DNA of 64,000 bases from the human T2T-CHM13v2.0 reference genome, Homo sapiens: assembly GCF_009914755.1 (NCBI RefSeq), contig NC_060944.1; one strand, 5' to 3'. The notes under the pieces are model-generated. The model searched no databases, had not been told where the DNA came from, and saw only the letters and a program-made list of their open reading frames with translations. Within the stretch, counting starts at the first letter, position 1, and each line of letters starts with the position of its first letter. Below, in pieces: positions 13,920-34,502 of this stretch. Made by a program: the position numbers and the translations under genes.

Positions 13920-16900
13920 TCCAGGGTGTTTTTTAGTGGGTAGGTTTAAAAAAAAATTACTGATTCAATTTTGGAACTTAGCATTGGTCTGTTCAATGTT
14001 TCGGTTTCTTCCTGAGTCAATTTTGGGAAGTTGCATGTGTCAAGGAAATTATCTACTTCCTCTAGATTTTCTAGTTTGTGTGCATATAGGTGTTCGTAGT
14101 AGTCTTTGAGAATCTTTTGTATTTCTGTGAGATTGTAATGCCAGTCTTGTTATTTCTGATTGTGGGTGTTTGGGTCATCTTTCTGTTTTCCTTTGTTAGT
14201 CTAGCTAGTGGTCTTCTGATCTTGTGTGTCCTTTCAAAGAACCAACTTTTGGTTTTGTTGATTTTTTTTGTATGGACTTCTGGATCTCAATTTTGTTCAG
14301 TTCTGCTCTGATTTCAGTCATTTCTTTTCTTCTGCTGGCTTTGGGGTTAATTTGTTCTTGTTTTTCTAATTTCTCTAGTTGTAATGTTAGTTGATTTGAG
14401 AGCTTTCTAATGTCTTAATGTAGGCATTTAGCATTATAAGTTTTTCTCTTAACACTGCTTTTGCTGTGTCCAAGAGATTTTGGTATGTTATATCTCTATT
14501 TTTATTTATTTCAAAAAGAATTTTTTGATTTCTGCCTTAATTTTGTTGTTTACCCAAAAGCTGTTCAAGAGCAAGTTGCTCAATTTTTGTGTAGTTGTGT
14601 GAATTTGGAAGATCTTCTTGGTATTGATACCTATTTTTATTCCACTGTTGTCTGAGAGTATGCTTGGTATGATTTTGATATTTTTGAATTTATTGAGACT
14701 TGCTTTATGGCCAAGTATATGGTTGATTTAGAGTATGTCCCATGTGCAAATGAGAAGGATGTATATTCTGTGGTTGATGGGTGGAGTGTTCTGTAGATGT
14801 CCATTAGGTCCAATTGGTCAAGGGTCAAATTTAAGTCCAGAATTTCCTTGTTAGTTTTTTGCCTCAGTGATCTGTCTAATGCTGTCAGTGGGATTTTTGA
14901 AGTCCCCCACTATTAATGTGTGACTGCCTAAGTCTTTTCGTAGGTCTAAAAGCACTCATTTTATGAATCTGGTTGTTGGGTGCATATGTATTTAGGATAG
15001 TTAAGTCTTCATGTTGAACTGAACTCTTTATCAGTATGTAATGCCCTTCTTTGTCCTTTTTTTTGCTGTTGCTGGCTTAACGTCTGTTTTATCTGATATC
15101 TGATATATCCATCTCTTTCCTTTGAGCCTATGGGTATCATTACATGTGAGACGGATCTCTTGAAGACAGCAGATGGATGGATCTCATTTTTTTAAATCCA
15201 CCTTGCCACTCTGTGCTTTTTATATGGGGTATTTAGACCATTTGCATTCAAGGTTAGTATTCATACTGAGGAATCGATCCTATTGTAAAGTTGTTAATGT
15301 GTTGTTTTGTAGTTTCCATTGAGTAGTTGCTTTATAGAGTCTGTGGGCTCTGTACTTAAGTGTGTTTCTGTGGTAGCAGGTTTTGTTCTTTCTTTTACAT
15401 GTTTAGAACCCACTTAAGGATCTCTTGTAAGGCTGGTCTAGTAGTAATGAATTTCCTTAGCACTTGCTTGTCCGAGGAAGATTTTATTTTTCCTTTTAGT
15501 TATGAAGTTTAGTTTGGTGGGTATGAAATTCTTGGTTGGAGTTTCTTTTCTTTAATAATGCTTAAAATAGGCCCCTAATGTCTTCTGGCTTATAGGGTTT
15601 CTGCTGAGAAGTCTGCTGTTAGCCTGATGGAGTTCCCTTTGTATGTGATCTGACTTTTTCCGTAGCTGCCTTTAAGATTTTTTTCTTAAGATTGAACAGT
15701 CTGGTGACTATATGCCTTGGTGATGCTCATTTTGTATAGTATCTTGCAAATGTTCTCTGGATTTCTTGTACCTGAATACCTACATCTCTAACAAGATTAG
15801 GGACATTTTCATGAATTACTCCTTCAAGTATGTTTTCTGGGTTGTTACCTTTTTCTCCTTCTCCCTCAGGAATGCCAATAATTTATAGGTTTAGTCATTT
15901 TATACAACCCCATACATCTTGAAGACTTTGTTCATTTTAAAAAACTCTTTTTGTGTATTCTCTTTTTCATTTAAAAAAATTCCTGGGTTAGCTCAAAGGA
16001 CCAGGCTTCAAGCTCTGAAATTCTTTCTTCTGTTTGATCTAGTCTATTGACAGAGTTTTCAGTTGTGTTTTGATATTCCTTAACTGAATTTTTCAACTCC
16101 AGAAGCTCTGATTAATTTCTTTTAAGATGTTTATCTCTTCCTTCATTTCCAGGATTGTTTTACAGGTTTCTTTACATTGATTTTAAACCTCATCTTGAAA
16201 ATCATTGAGTTTTATTGTAATCTATGCTTTGAATTTTTTATCTGACACTTCTGGGTTTCAATTTTGGTTGTGGACTATTGCTAGAGAGCTAGTGTGATCC
16301 TTCGGTGGTATCACAACATGCAGATTTTTCACGGTGCCAGAATTCTTATGCTGGTTCCTTCTCATTTGGAGATGCTGGCACTTCTAATTTTTGTAATAAT
16401 TTTCGTGATGATAGGCTCTCCCCCTTTTTCTTTCCCTATATTACTATTGTTTTTTTTTCTTTCCCTTTCTCCCACCTTGCTAGAGGGTATGACTGTAGGG
16501 CATGTTGGATAGGGTTTTTTTGGCTTTGCTTCTATGGTCCTATGCACTTCCACCAGTAGGTTTTATACTGGACTGTGCATTTCAGCATGTGGGCCAATAG
16601 ATGGCACTTATGGGTGAGAGCTAGCATGGTGCAAGCAGATGGGTATGTACCTGATCTTTGATTACTGTGAGATGCTCTCTGTTGTTTTAGGTGATGGGCT
16701 GGACCACAGAGTGCTCCTTGCCATGTGCTTCCTCTTCCATGGGGTAGGGTGACACAGCTAGGCAGAGCTGGAGCCCTGGCTTGCCCAATAATATCCCCGT
16801 GTTGAATGTAGGTACCTTCCTTGATGAGGGTGGCTGGGAGGAGCTCCTAGTGAAATGAGCTGAGGTCTCTGCATGGGGGTGGGGTGGGGGGCTGCACCAG

Positions 16901-19900
16901 CCCCTCATCCTTGATAGGCAGGAATGTGGACTGCTCTTCTGTCTCACTCCTGTTCCGGAGCTCATGACTCCTAAATCAGATGCACATCATAGCCTATCTC
17001 TGGACCACAGTGTGGTTGAGAGCCTTGGGGATTGACTAATTTGTGATTGTCTGTGGGAGTGGTTTTGGGGCAGAACTTCATCACTCAACCTAATGCTCTG
17101 TGGCTCCCCTCTTCTCCAATGTGATAGTGCTACTTCTTTGTGGAAGAGGATGGGGAGCTCTGTCTTTGGGCCTGTGCAGGGGTTTGTTGGTGGTGGTGGC
17201 ATTGGCTGGTTAGGCCAGTCTAACCTCAGGCTCTGGGGGAAAGGTCAGGTGCCAGCAGATCTGGAATGGATTAGGTAGTTCTCTAACTCCCTGGCCCCCA
17301 GATGGCTGGGTGGACAGAGTGTATAAGTCCTGATGGGGCTGGGGGCTCAGGTACTGGCTGTGATGGGAAGGATTGGGCCAGTCCCCAGGTCACTAGCTGA
17401 ACTCTCAGTTGGTGTGAGACAGGGTGCTTAGGTGGTGGGAGCCTGAGGGAAGCTCATAGGTTGTGGGGGTAGGGTTTTAAGTAGGCCTCTGGGCCAAAGC
17501 TGAAATGCTCATGCAGGGCAGCGTGGGTGCACTAGAAGCCAGAAGGCAGCAAGCCCCATTTGGGAGAGGGCAGGGAAGGTGGGGGGATCATGAGGAAAGA
17601 ATCTGGCTGCTTCTGTAGGGCAGCTGCTGGTGTGCTGGAGGCTCCAGTAAAGGCAATCATGCTTTTTGTTCTCTCCCCAGCCTGTGGGGAAGTAAGAGTG
17701 GGGATCCCAGTGCCAGGTCGATGGCTGAGGGCCAGTCAGTTGCCTCTGGGAGCTCCACCCTAGAGAAGCACAGAGCCGTGGCAGATAGGAGTGATCAAGC
17801 AGGGGTGGGTGGCTGTGCTGCAGGCCCAAACTGGGAGACCCTGCCTGGTGAGGAGCAGTAAGGGCATGGGATCGCCCGGAAAACAGTCTGGCCTCTTCTC
17901 TGTAGGGGAGCTGCAGCAAGCTGGAGGCCACAATAGCTCTCTGGCTCTTTGCTCCCTCCCCAGCCTAAAGGCAGTACAGCAGGCCTGTAGGGTTACCTCT
18001 GGGAGCTGCTTCCCAGAGAAATGCAGAGCCATGACTGGCCAGAGTGCTCAGGCAGGAGTAGGGTGGCTGTGCTGGCGACCCAGGCCAGTGGGCCTTGCCT
18101 GGTGAGGAGCAGGAAAGGTAGGGCCTACAGTCCTGCTGCTCCTCAGCACCGTGGAGGTGGTCCCTAACCTAGGGCTTGTGAAAAAGCCAGTCCTTCCTGG
18201 TTGGAGGGGCTATGGCAGCTGGTGTCAGGGTATTCAGGGATCCAAGACCCCTGGGGCTTCACATGGGCTTGAGCAGTGGCTCTGCCCAGACTCCAGGTGG
18301 CTCTCTGTGTTCACCTGGAGCCCTGGGGAGGTCATGGGAGATCTCCAGTGCACAGGATTGCAGAGGTCTGTGGTGGAAGTGTGGGTCCCTGGGGGGCTCT
18401 TGCTCACTCACCCTTTCCCGCAGTAGGGAGCTTCCCATGGCTCTGTGTTGATCTCAGGTGGGTGGCTGCCCTACTTTACTCTTCTCTGCTCTCTGTGAGT
18501 CTTGATGCCTCCTTGATGAATCCCAACGTGACCTCCTGGACGATCCATGTGAAGAGCTAGTGTTCAACGCCACTTTGTCTCCTCTCTGTGAGAGTGGTGT
18601 GTACTAACTTCTTCTAGCCAGCCATCTCAAGTTCTCCCTAGCAAATCTCTATGAACACACAATCATTTAGGACTGCAGTTGAACTCCTAGCCTGCCTCTG
18701 ATAGAGCCAACCCAAGGCTGGTCTATAAGATACTGACAGCCCTGGTCCCCTGGGTCTCCCAGGCTGCCTGCAGATGACACAGTGATAGGGCCAGTGGGGG
18801 TTGAGGGAGTGACCCAGACTGGGGACTGGCTTCCTTGCCTCCCTGAGCTGCCATTTCCTTACATCTGGTGAACTCTGAGCATGCGCCTTGATGAACACTG
18901 CTCTAAGACTTTAGAACCCTCCCTGGCTTCTGAGTCTTGCTTTTCTAGATTCTTGATGCTGATTCCTACTCTGGGAATTGCCACGGGGACCAGGCCTGGG
19001 GACTGGGGAAGAGTGGCAGCACCAGCCTTGCCGAGGGTCATGGCTACCCTGGGAATTCTTCTCTGGGCAGAGTCCAGGGGCTTGTACCCTGTCCCTGGTA
19101 CCACTTAACTGTTGGCAGCAAACCCTCTCTCCACCTTTTAAGCTGGCAGGACTCGCTCATGAATGCTTTGCCTGCGGGCCCATAATCAGATAAAAGCATC
19201 AGTGAGATTTGTGGCCTGTGTTCAGCCCCTCCCCTGCTCCTTCCCTGCTCTGACCCAGCTCTATTCCCTCCACTTGTTCTGTATTTCCATGGGCCGGACT
19301 TCATCCACAGTTCAGGTGTTGACAGTCATTGCCCTTGCACTTTAACCCACAGAGTCTGACTTCTTTTATTATTCCTGTTGTCTTGGTAGAAGTTGCTGCC
19401 CAAGACCTGTCTTTAAAAATTGCTGTTCTGGTGGCTCATGGTCACCCAGGACAGCCAGACTCTTGTGAGGGATGTGTGTATGAGTGTTGGGTGGGGAAGG
19501 GGCTTGGGTGAACACAATAGGACTTCGTAGAAGCAAAATCAAGGTTGGGCCAGGTCAGTATGAGGGGTCCTGACCTCTGATAATCAGCCCACAAGGTGGA
19601 AGCTATGGGGGTCCTAACAGAACTTACCCAACTGAGCCACTCCTAGGGCGCCAGAAACGCCATGTTTAGGATTCAGCCAAGTTGGGAGCCAGAGATGTGG
19701 CTGTCAAAGGTGAGAGTAGGTGGCTAGTTAAAGGTGACACTGGGAAATTTTGTCAAATGTTTTATTGGTTCAGCAGCATCTTTGCCCTTAAAGATGATGC
19801 TTGGGGGACAATGGATGGTGACAGCTTTAAAATCCTTCTACCTAACTTGCCTGCAAATAACTGAAAATTCAGTATCCTTGTCTTGTGCGCCTAATGAGAG

Positions 19901-20702
19901 AGTTGTAGCCTCGGTGGGGAGCGGTCCCACCACAACTAAAAGACTGAGCTATAACATGGCAGCTGACTGAGGCTGCTGGGAAGGGCAGCAGGGGTCAGCA
20001 TAACTGAGAATAGGGATGACCACCAAGAAGAGCATGAGAGCCACCGTCAGGGTCCTCCCAGGGGAGGGGAGGGACCCTGGAGCTGCCTAAGACAGAAGGA
20101 AAAAGAGAATGGATAACCACACAGAAGAGACAAGGCTTGCTCTTCCCACAGAAGCGCCGCCTGCTAGTCGTGGCTACCCCACACCAGGCAGCCTGCAACC
20201 CCTGTATGGGCTGCAGCTGGACGGAGCTGCTGTGGACATATCTCTATTGAACTGCTGCTCTGCCATTGCAGACACAGAGGGTTATGCATCATAGGGAAAG
20301 CATGGAGAAGTAAGTGTGGGCCCCTCTGACTTCCACGGATGAGGCTGATTAATCTCATAAGTAGAAAAAGCCTTGCATTTTGTCATCTGTAAAGTCTTTA
20401 AAAAAAATCCTTGTTCTGAAAATAAAGTGAAATAAACACATACAGTGTATGTGGTACAGGGTCTGACTCACAGTGAGTGCTCTGGTTTCAGACACACTGA
20501 GCTCACGACTCCAATATTTGTTTGATAAACCTTGGCCTTGGAATCATCTGCTGGGCAGAGCCCACCAAGCTGCCCCTCTGCCCTGTCCTGCACAGCATGG
20601 CAAACTCAGTCTCTAAACTCATGAACATTCATGGATGTGCCACTGCTAGTAATAAATGGCAATAGTGCACATTCATGGGGCATTGTATAGTGTGTTTATA
20701 TC

Positions 20703-21093
20703 TGCTATGGTGTGAATGCATCCCCCAAATTAATGTGTTGGAAGCTTAATCCTCAGTGCAACAGTGTTGGGGGCTCAGGCCTCATGGGAGGGCTCTTTAG
20801 GTCATAAGGCTTCTGCCTCATGAATGGATTAATGCTGCTATGAAAAGAGCTTGCAGGAGTGAGTTTGTTCTCTTCTGCTTTTTTGCCATGTGAGGACACA
20901 GCATTCATCTCCTTTTTGTCCTTTCACCTTCTCCTATGTGAGCACATAGCAAGAAGGCCCTCACCAGACACCAGATGCTGGTGTCTTGATCTTGGACTTG
21001 GCAGCCTCCAGGACTGTGAGAAAGCCATTTCTCTTCTTTATAAGTTACCCAGCCTCAGGCGTTCTGTTATAGCAGCACAAACGGATTAAGACA
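20703..21093 (+). mobile_element. MST (MaLR) solo LTR
   Basis: tgctatggtgtgaatg...gcagcacaaacggattaagaca; 5-bp TSD atatc / acatc. Confidence 0.85.
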
Positions 21094-21459
21094 ACATCCA
21101 TTACTCTAATTTAAGCTGCAGCAAATTTTTGCTCAAACAAAGATAGAAGTTATAGGTTAACTAGAAACAAACCCACTTTTATAATCTTTACAATAACAGT
21201 ATTGAAAATTATCCTTATTTTATAGATAAGGAAACATTTATCCAACAATGAAACGGAGTGTCTTCTGATACTTCCCCTTTTCTCTTTGTTTCTCTAAGAA
21301 CCATGTTCTTTATTCATTGCCACTGTCCATGTTAGTTCTCATTTGGAGAATTGCTACAGTCTCTTTTTTGTTCTCACTGCCTCAAAGTTCCCTCCTCCAT
21401 CCTACTGTTCACTGCAATTGCTCCAAGACTAAAAAGTAATCATGCTACGCCTCTGCTTA

Positions 21460-21772
<313 letters not shown>

Positions 21773-22639
21773 GGTGCAAAGCAGTCCCAGTTGTCCCCTG
21801 GATAGAGTCCACATTCTTTAGTGTGATGCCCAAGACTGTCCTTTGTCTGATACATGTCAACTTTTCCAGAATTATTTCTCATCACACCTTGCCCTGAACG
21901 CCACTAACATTCTTTCATATATGCCAGGGTAGACTTTGCTCAGCCTGAGCCTATACTGGTTTATCTATTTAATTTTTTATATTTTTAGAAATAAGAACTC
22001 TTGGAGCTTTTGAAAAATAACAAACTGAGCTCCATTTTCAAATTAATTAATTTCTGTTATCTTCAGTTATTCCTTCTGTTCCCTCTAGTTAGGATTACTT
22101 GATTGTTTTAACACCCCGTTCTGCTCCCCACTCCAGGTGGGCTCAGCCCCCTTGGCAATAGTGAGGGTAGGGAGAATATTCAAGCAGAAGTTTTTCTTGC
22201 TTATTTTGATCCTAGGCTTTGTTTTCTTGGTGCGTGGTTACCTTTATGTACCCACATTGACTAGTAGAACTGTCAAAGCTGGGTGTATGTGAATTTTTAC
22301 CTGCACTGACTGATGACAGGAGAGTCCATAGGGTAGAAGTTAGTCTGTAGCACCCCACAAGTTTTGAAACCTACCAAGTTGGTTTCATACATTATAAGAC
22401 CTGAAATCCTCTTTTTTTGATTTTCTTTTTAAAATAATTCCATTTAGGTCCCTTCCTGTATTTCTTCTGCAATTTTTCTATTTCCACCTACACGGAACCA
22501 TATAAAACCATATTAAGTAGGCATTGCCTGTTGTTTCTTCAGTCATTCTACTTTAAAATGAGGGTCGTTGTCTTAGACAACCTTGTTTGTAGTCCTAGGC
22601 AATCTTGTTTGGTACCTGAGGGATAATCATGAGAAAACG

Positions 22640-23340
22640 ACAAATCTTACAGTAATATACATATTTGTACAAGTGTGCAAAGATGTATGAGTAAGAATAT
22701 TTATTGCAGCAGTGTTTGTAATATCCAAAATTGTAAACAACTGAAATGTCAGTCGAGAGGGAGCTTGTTAAATGCATGTGATTACAGCCATACAACTGAA
22801 TATCATGTTTCCATTGAGAGAAGCCTATATGTACCAATATGGAGGGTTACCATTTATATGCTTAGGTGAAAAGAACAAATTTTATGTAAAGTACAAAAGT
22901 ATGATTCCATTTCTGTTAAAAAGAGATTATTATATACATATATACCCTTCATAGCCTGGAAAGTTTTTAAAGGAATATTCGCCAAATTGTAAAATTAGTT
23001 AAGGTATTGGTTGAGGGGTGGTTGTAGTAGGGAATGGAATTACAGAAGAGAGGACTTCATAATCTAATTTATATATTCCTGAATATTTACTTTTATCTTT
23101 ACAAAAACAATGTGTTACTTTTATAATCAGGAAAAAAGCTTTAAAATGTATATCTTCTGAGATGCAACTACAGCAATTATAAGTGGAAAATTTATTGCCT
23201 CTAATGCTAGAATTTCTAAACAGAAAGAATGAACATGAACTTATCGATAAATAAAATATGAGTAGATTTCACACTGGTTTAGGAATAAATGGACATAAGT
23301 AAAAAGTAATCAAAGCACAATTAAATAGAACAAATACAGG
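22640..23340 (+). mobile_element. Ancient L1M 3' end abutting a second L1M fragment
   Basis: gcagcagtgtttgtaata...tgtgttacttttataatcaggaaaaaa tail, then ttctgagatgcaactacagca...ggaaaatttattgc (ORF2-like). Confidence 0.6.
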
Positions 23341-23644
23341 GACACAGATTAATTTTGACACCAGCTGGAGCCAGCAACACATCTAGCCAATCTAGCATCT
23401 ATCTAGTTATGCTTCTGTGAAAAACATGGTTTGCAAAACCTTTGAAAGGAGCAACCAGGTCTTATAACTGGTGGAGCATGTAGCTCAGTGCGGTTTTGAT
23501 TTCTGATTTTTGTTTGAAACAAAAGTTGTTCAGGAGACAGGATGTTTCTTACTAATTAGGCTTCCTTTTTTTGTTTGTGTCAACTTTTGTGCCATTTTTT
23601 GTTACTCAATTTTATGGTATTTTTGAAGAATGTGTTATGTGCTA

Positions 23645-24228
23645 TTTCTTTTTTTCTCCTTTATTTTTAAATTTCAATAGTTTTTGGGGACAGGTGGTTC
23701 CTGGTTACATGGATAAGTTCTTTAGTGGTAATTTCTGAGATTTTGGTGCAGTCATCACCCGAGCAGTGTCCACTGTACCCATGTGTAGTCTTTTATCCCT
23801 TACCTCCCTCTTGCCCTTCCGCCTGAGTCCCCAAAGTTCATCACATCATTCTTACGCCTTTGTGTCCTCAAACTTAGCTTCCACTTATAATTGAGAACAT
23901 ACAGTTTTGGTTTTCCATTCCTGAGTTACTTAGAATCATGGTCTCCAACTTTATCCACTTTGTTGTGAATGCCATTATTTCCTTCTTTTTATGGCTGACT
24001 AGTATCCCATGGTATATAGATACCATATTTTAAAAATCTACTCATTGGTTGTTGGGCATTTAAGCTCGTTCCATATTTTTGCAATTACGAATTGTGCTGT
24101 TATAACCATGTATGTGCAAGTGTCTTTTTCATATAATGATTTCTTTTCCTCTGGATAGATACTGAGTAGTGGGATTGCGGGATCAAATGGTAGTTCTACT
24201 TTTAGTCCTCTAAGGAATCTCCATACTG
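23645..24228 (-). mobile_element. 5'-truncated L1PB 3' end
   Basis: tttcaatagtttttggggacaggtggttcctggttacatggataagttctttagtgg is typical of L1PB1/2. Confidence 0.85.
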
Positions 24229-24615
24229 GTGTGGATTTAGTAAGTTTTCTTTAGAATTAACTTCTGTAAACAATCTATGGGGCCTTAAAATGTATGCTTG
24301 TTTTTGAGCATATATTTTGAGCATACATTTTGAAGGTGTAGAGTTTGAAATTTATCTATTGGATAGACCTTATAAATTTTATTAATCAGGTCCTGTGCAG
24401 TTTTGATTATTTTTAGTCCCCTTGATCTGTCCTGGGATAAGAACTGTGAGTCTTTTTTTTTTTTTTTTTTAAGTTCTCCTTGTATTTACAACAGTTTCTG
24501 TATTACATATTTTGATGACACATGCTACTTAGTGCTTGAACGTTCAAAGTATCTATGTTTTCATCATGCAGTACTATTTTTATTATAATTGGCCCCATTC
24601 TTCCAGTTTAATATC

Positions 24616-25381
<766 letters not shown>

Positions 25382-25384
25382 AAT

Positions 25385-29170
<3,786 letters not shown>

Positions 29171-29184
29171 TGTTTACAATTTTT

Positions 29185-29266
29185 ACCTGAGAGCTCTCCC
29201 TTAATGAGAAATTTGCACTCAAATGCCCATCTCAAGCTCTGCTCCTAGGAAACTTGACCTAAGACA
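29185..29266 (+). mobile_element. ERVL LTR (LTR16-like) 3' end
   Basis: ttgcactcaaatgcccatctcaagctctgctcctaggaaacttgacctaagaca. Confidence 0.55.
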
Positions 29267-29633
29267 TTCCAGGCAGAAATTTCCTCTTACCCCAGCATTT
29301 GGCCACTCTTTCTCCAGCTCCTTCTCTCATCTCTGTTTCTCCCTACTTTCCCAAATGTAGTTTAATGGTATAGACTTCCAAGGCCCAGACCTTAGGACCA
29401 TAAAAGACCCAATTTACTTCTCCTGGGCTTGAGAAAGACATGCTTCTCTTAAGTAGCAGAAGCCAATAATAAGGTTGAGTTTTCTTATGCTGCTACATTA
29501 AATCCTTAATATAACTCTCCCTATTATATTAGGAGGTCACATGTTCACTAGCTATTTTTATATCTTTTGTAAGTTATCACTTTCTGTTATTTACCATTTG
29601 TTTGGTAATTTATGTCTCTATGAGTAATGCTAA

Positions 29634-30033
<400 letters not shown>

Positions 30034-31058
30034 TAGTACAATCTGTCAGTCTTTCCTGTTTGGTTTCTGTTATTGACGTGATGATTTAAAAATGCCTTCC
30101 CCATCCTGGAGTTATAAAACTATTTACCTAAATTTCCTTATGGTATTCTTTTGCATACCCTTTTTATTTTTACATCTTTGATTGATTTTTTTTTGTGTGT
30201 GTAAAGAGTGAGATAGGCATCCAGCTTAATTTTTTCTCCAAAGGACTAGTAAATTGGGAGAGGTGTACCAGAGTGTTTTCCTAGGTCTTGATTCTATGAT
30301 AGTAGCCATGTGAAGTTAAGTAAGTTAATTCCCTTCCCCAAGCCCTATTTTCTTATCTGTAAAATGAGGATAAAATGGCAGTTATCTCACAGCGTTGTTG
30401 TGAGAATTACAGGAGAAACTACATGTAAGGCATTGCCTGCACTTAAGTGTTAGCTATTTTTATTATGTAGTTCTAGATACTAGCTATAGATATTAGCTGT
30501 TTTTATTATGTGGCTCTGTTCTGATAGCTGTGTGATATCTCTTCTTCCTGCCCATTTCTATGAGAGTTTTGTTGGTTCAAAGAGTTCTTAGAAACATTTG
30601 TTCCCTAATTAAAAATGGAAAATTATTTGTACAACCTCAAATGCCCTCAAAACAGATAATAATAATAATAAAAATAATAATAGTAATAGACAACGGCTAT
30701 TTTGCACACACATATGGGAACAGTGGGAGCAAGAGATGTGGGTTTATGTGTTTTCCTTGACTACAAGTTGTAAAAGCCAAGAGAGCTCAAGAAGAGATCC
30801 AATCAACATCACCTCTTGCTCAAATGTAAATTGCAAAAGAAACTCAGTTGCAAAGTGCCCAAGCATATGCTCAGATAATTTCCAAAGTTTGTTTTTAGTT
30901 TCTACATTGGCAAGAGAGCAAGTACTTTTCTACTTCCAGTGTCTTCAGGGGCTGGAGACTTCTCTATTTCCTCTTTTGCATACACTTGGCCTATCAATTA
31001 TTTAATAATCAATTCTCCAGCACACTTCCTATTGATTTCCTTTCATTTTGAAGTTTCC

Positions 31059-33811
<2,753 letters not shown>

Positions 33812-34502
33812 ATGAACACATACTTTCTACCGAAAAGAGCTGAACCTGTCAGTATCTTATATTAACATCATGTTGCTGTGAAGACAGAGTCCATGCTTCT
33901 TATCATGATGTAAATTCAACTCAGGGAGAAGTGTCTAGTCTTTATAGTATATTACAGGGTAATTATAAGGCAATAACTGGTTCTCTGGTAGTTGAGGCAG
34001 GGATGGATATTGTACAGCAGAGGCTGCTCCACCCTGACACTGGAGACACCTATTGTAAACAGACAGGGGCTGGTGTTCTCTTGCCATTGTGCACTGTGAT
34101 TGTAGAAAGTGTGGTAGGCACTGTGAGTTTCCAAGTGAAGATGCTGTAATGGGGGATGATATGAGTTGAAGGCTAAAAAAAAAGTGGGGTATGACTTGTG
34201 TACAACTAAAGAGAAAAGTTGGCAAAAAGGGAAATGTGAAAAGAAAGACTAGCACTAATGTGAGGTAGGAAGCCAAGGCTCTAGGAGACAGCCTATGGGG
34301 GAACAAGTGGAGGTGGGCTTCTGCAATGCTGAGGCTCAATACTGCAATGCTGAGGTGGGATTCTGCAATGCTTGAGGCTCAAGGACCCTGCTTGAAGATA
34401 ACTACGGGGCAGCCTGGGTTAACAATGCTGACTTAGACAGCTCTTTCTTCCATCCTTCTCTGAGACCAGAGGGGATGGGTACTGGCAAATTCGGGATCAG
34501 AG

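Noticed and set aside
16875-16891. G-rich run gggggtggggtgggggg as a G-quadruplex
   Set aside because: Only three separated G runs inside an L1 5'UTR; too common to single out
17509-18560. Cluster of overlapping 70-140-aa ORFs
   Set aside because: GC-richer L1 5'UTR with few stop codons and no recognisable protein; I cannot support an ORF0 equivalent
20109-20294. 61-aa ATG ORF MDNHTEE...
   Set aside because: Short, no homology I recognise, no independent coding evidence
30450-30511. 19-bp direct repeat ttagct(a/g)tttttattatgt; also the 13-bp accacctggcaca pair at 49117 and 49143
   Set aside because: Ordinary small local duplications in decayed MIR/L2 sequence
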